64,000 nt of DNA from the human T2T-CHM13v2.0 reference genome, Homo sapiens: assembly GCF_009914755.1 (NCBI RefSeq), contig NC_060929.1, one strand, 5' to 3'. Numbering within the stretch: position 1 is the first letter of the stretch; every line of letters starts with the position of its first letter. The notes beneath the pieces were generated by a model. That model saw only the letters and a list, made by a program, of their open reading frames with translations. It had not been told where the DNA came from and did no database searches. Positions 61,101 through 64,000 of this stretch are shown here, one piece after another. Made by a program: the position numbers and the translations under genes.

Positions 61101-64000
61101 CAGAGTTTAACCTTTCTTTTCATAGAGCAGTTAGGAAACACTCTGTTTGTAAAGTCTGCAAGTGGATATACAGACCTCTTTGAGGCCTTCGTTGGAAACG
61201 GGTTTTTTTCATATAAGGCTAGACAGAAGAATTCTCAGTAACTTCATTGTGTTGTGTGTATTCAACTCACAGAGTTGGAAGATCCTTTACACAGAGCGGA
61301 CTTGAAACACTCTTTTTGTGGAATTTGCAAGTGGAGATTTCAGCCGCGTTGAGGTCAATGGTAGAAAAGGAAATATCTTCGTATAAAAACTAGACAGATT
61401 GATTCTCAGAAACTCCTTTGTGATGTGTGTCTTCAACTCACAGAGTTTAAACTTTCTTTTCATAGAGCAGTTAGGAAACACTCTGTTTGTAAACTCTGCA
61501 AGTGGATATTCAGACCTCTTTGAGGCCTTCGTTGGAAAAGGGTTTCTTCATATTGTGCTAGACAGAAGAATTCTCAGTAACTTCCTTGTGTTGTGTGTAT
61601 TCAACTCACAGAGTTGAACGATCCTTTACACAGAGCGGACTTGAAACACTCTTTTTGTGGAATTTGCAAGTGGAGATTTCAGCCGCGTTGAGGTCAATGG
61701 TAGAAAAGGAAATATCTTCGTATAAAAACTAGACAGAATGATTCTCAGAAACTCCTTTGTGATGTGTGCGTTCAACTCACAGAGTTTAACCTTTCTTTTC
61801 CTAGAGCAGTTAGGAAACACTCTGTTTGTAAAGTCTGCAAGTGGATATTCAGACCTCTTTGAGGCCTTCGTTGGAAACGGGTTTTTTTCATATAAGCCTA
61901 GACAGAAGAATTCCCAGTAACTTCCTTGTGTTGTGTGTGTTCAACTCACAGAGTTGAACTTTCATTTACACAGAGCAGATTTGAAACACTCTTTTTGTGG
62001 AATTTGCAAGTGGAGATTTCAAGCGCTTTGAGGCCAAAGGCAGAAAAGGAAATATCTTCGTATAAAAAGTAGACAGAATCACTCTCAGAAACTGCTCTGC
62101 GATGTGTGCGTTCAACTCTCAGAGTTTAACTTTTCTTTTCATTCAGCAGTTTGGAAACACTCTGTTTGTAAGGTCTGCACGTGGATATTTTGACCACTCA
62201 GAGGCCTTCGTTGGAAACGGTTTTTTTTCCTGTAAGGCTAGACAGAAGAATTCCCAGTAACTTCCTTGTGTTGTGTACATTCAACTCACAGAGTTGAACG
62301 TTCCCTTAGACAGAGCAGATTTGAAACACTCTTTTTGTGCAATTGGCCAGTGGAGATTTCAAGCGCTTTAAGGTCAATGGCAGAAAAGGAAATATCTTCG
62401 TTTCAAAACTAGACAGAATCATTCCCACAAACTGCATTGTGATGTGTTCGTTCAAATCACAGAGTTTAACCTTTCTTTTCGTAGAGCAGTTAGGAAACAG
62501 TCTGTTTGTAAATTCTGTAAGTGGATATTCTGACATCTTGTGGCCTTCGTTGGAAACGGGATTTCTTCATATTCTGCTAGACAGAAGAATTCTCAGAATC
62601 TTCCTTGTGTTGTGTGTATTCAACTCACAGAGTTGAACGATGGTTTACACAGAGCAGATTTGAAACACTCTTTTTGTGGAATTTGCAAGTGGAGATTTCA
62701 GCCGCTTTGAGGTCCATGGTAGAAAAGGAAATATCTTCGTATAAAAACTAGACAGAATGATTCTCAGAAACTTCTTTGTGATGTGTGCGTTCAACTCACA
62801 GAGTTTAACCTTTCTTTTCATAGAGCAGTTAGGAAACACTCTGTTTGTAAACTCTGCAAGTGGATATTCAGACCTCTTTGAAGCCTTCGTTGGAAACGGG
62901 ATTTCTTCATACTATGCTAGACAGAAGAATTCTCAGTAACTTCTTTGTGTTGTGTGTATTCAACTCACAGAGTTGAACGATCCTTTACACAGAGCAGACT
63001 TGAAACACTCGTTTTGTGGAATTTGCAAGTGGAGATTTCAGCCGCGTTGAGGTCAATGGTAGAAAAGGAAATATCTTCGTATAAAAACTAGACAGAGTGA
63101 TTCTCAGAAACTCCTTTGTGATGTGTGCATTCAACTCACAGAGTTTAACCTTTCTTTTCATAGAGCAGTTAGGAAACACTCTGTTTGTAAAGTCTGCAAG
63201 TGGATATTCAGACCTCTTTGAGGCCTTCGTTGGAAACGGGATTTTTTCATATAAGGCTAGACAGAAGAATTCCCAATAACTTCCTTGTGTTGTGTGTGTT
63301 CAACTCACAGAGTTGAACTTTCATTTACACAGAGCAGATTTGAAACACTCTTTTTGTGGAATTTGCAAATGGAGATTTCAAACGCTTTGAGGCCAAAGCA
63401 GAAAAGGAAATATCTTCGTATAAAAACTAGACAGAATCATTCTCAGAAACTGCTCTGCGATGTGTGCGTTCAACTCTCAGAGTTTAACTTTTCTTTTCAT
63501 TCAGCAGTTTGGAAACACTCTGTTTGTAAAGTCTGCACGTGGAGAATTTGACCACTTAGAGGCCTTCGTTGGAAACGGGTTTTTTTCATGTAAGGCTAGA
63601 CAGAAGAATTCTCAGTAACTTCCTTGTGTTGTGTGTATTCAACTCACAGAGTTGAACGATCCTTTACACAGAGCAGACTTGTAACACTCTTTTTGTGGAA
63701 TTTGCAAGTGGAGATTTCAGCCGCTTTGAAGTCAAAGTTAGAAAAGGAAATATCTTCCTTTAAAAATTAGACAGAATGATTCTCAGAAACTCCTTTGTGA
63801 TGGGTGCGTTCAACTCACAGAGTTTAACCTTTCTTTTCATAGAGCAGTTAGGAAACACTCTGTTTGTAAAGTCTGCAAGTGGATATTCAGACCTCTTTGA
63901 GACCTTCGTTGGAAACGGGTTTTTTTCATATAAGGCTAGACAGAAGAATTCCCAGTAACTTGCTTGTGTTGTGTGTGTTCAACTCACAGAGTTGAACTTT
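58171..64000 (+). repeat. Partial fourth copy of the variant-rich half of the macro-repeat (runs off the window)
   Basis: Matches U3 at offset 11891 (46338/58229, 47728/59619, 50446/62337, 51394/63285). Confidence 0.9.

Larger units (their letters stand above)
1..64000 (+). repeat. Centromeric alpha-satellite higher-order repeat array, SF1 dimeric type (chr1/5/19 live array family S1C1/5/19H1L; D1Z7/D5Z2/D19Z3)
   Basis: Continuous head-to-tail ~170-bp monomers with 339-340 bp dimer period (~188 dimers). CENP-B box CTTCGTTGGAAACGGG(A/T) and EcoRI GAATTC occur once per dimer. Classic alphoid motifs are present (CATTCTCAGAAACT, GTTCAACTCACAGAGTT, AAACACTCTTTTTGTGGAAT). Alphoid/SF1 identity is secure; the 1/5/19 family call comes from recognising the sequence, not a search. 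Confidence 0.97.

Noticed and set aside
472-63958. Numerous 60-99 aa ORFs on both strands (MILRNSF..., MFPNCSM..., MQLASGD..., MSEYPLT...)
   Set aside because: They recur with the 340-bp period, overlap on opposite strands, often use non-ATG starts, and are freely broken by stops and 1-bp indels. They show no recognisable domain and are typical spurious alphoid translations. I used them only as variant markers.
1-64000. CRISPR-like or other repeat-spacer system
   Set aside because: There are no unique spacers; all sequence between recurring motifs is itself repeated, and no cas-like or other long ORF exists.
1-64000. Mobile element insertion, inversion or non-alphoid island
   Set aside because: I saw no Alu/L1 sequence, poly-A tail, target-site duplication or strand switch. 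The dimer register is kept throughout apart from 1-bp indels.

Overview
The whole 64-kb window is an uninterrupted, single-orientation array of human-type centromeric alpha satellite. Monomers are ~170 bp and form a ~340-bp dimer, with a CENP-B box and an EcoRI site in every second monomer. This matches suprachromosomal family 1 (SF1), and the sequence resembles the live array shared by chromosomes 1/5/19 (S1C1/5/19H1L; D1Z7/D5Z2/D19Z3). I found no gene, RNA gene, transposon, CRISPR array, inversion or unique sequence. All listed ORFs are read-through of the repeat, and I see no evidence of a new protein-coding system. The interest lies in array architecture. Five dimer classes (my labels A, B, C, D/D', E) build a 12-mer A-B-C-D-E-D' with 8/10/14/16/20-mer variants. 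These are nested in a tandem macro-repeat (14,948, 8,153 and 15,629 bp copies plus a partial fourth). Chimeric dimers sit at rearrangement junctions, a 16-mer with three disrupted CENP-B boxes is amplified four times, and a divergent block lies at 52.4-58.2 kb. All comparisons were made by eye and with the ORF track as markers, not by computed alignment.
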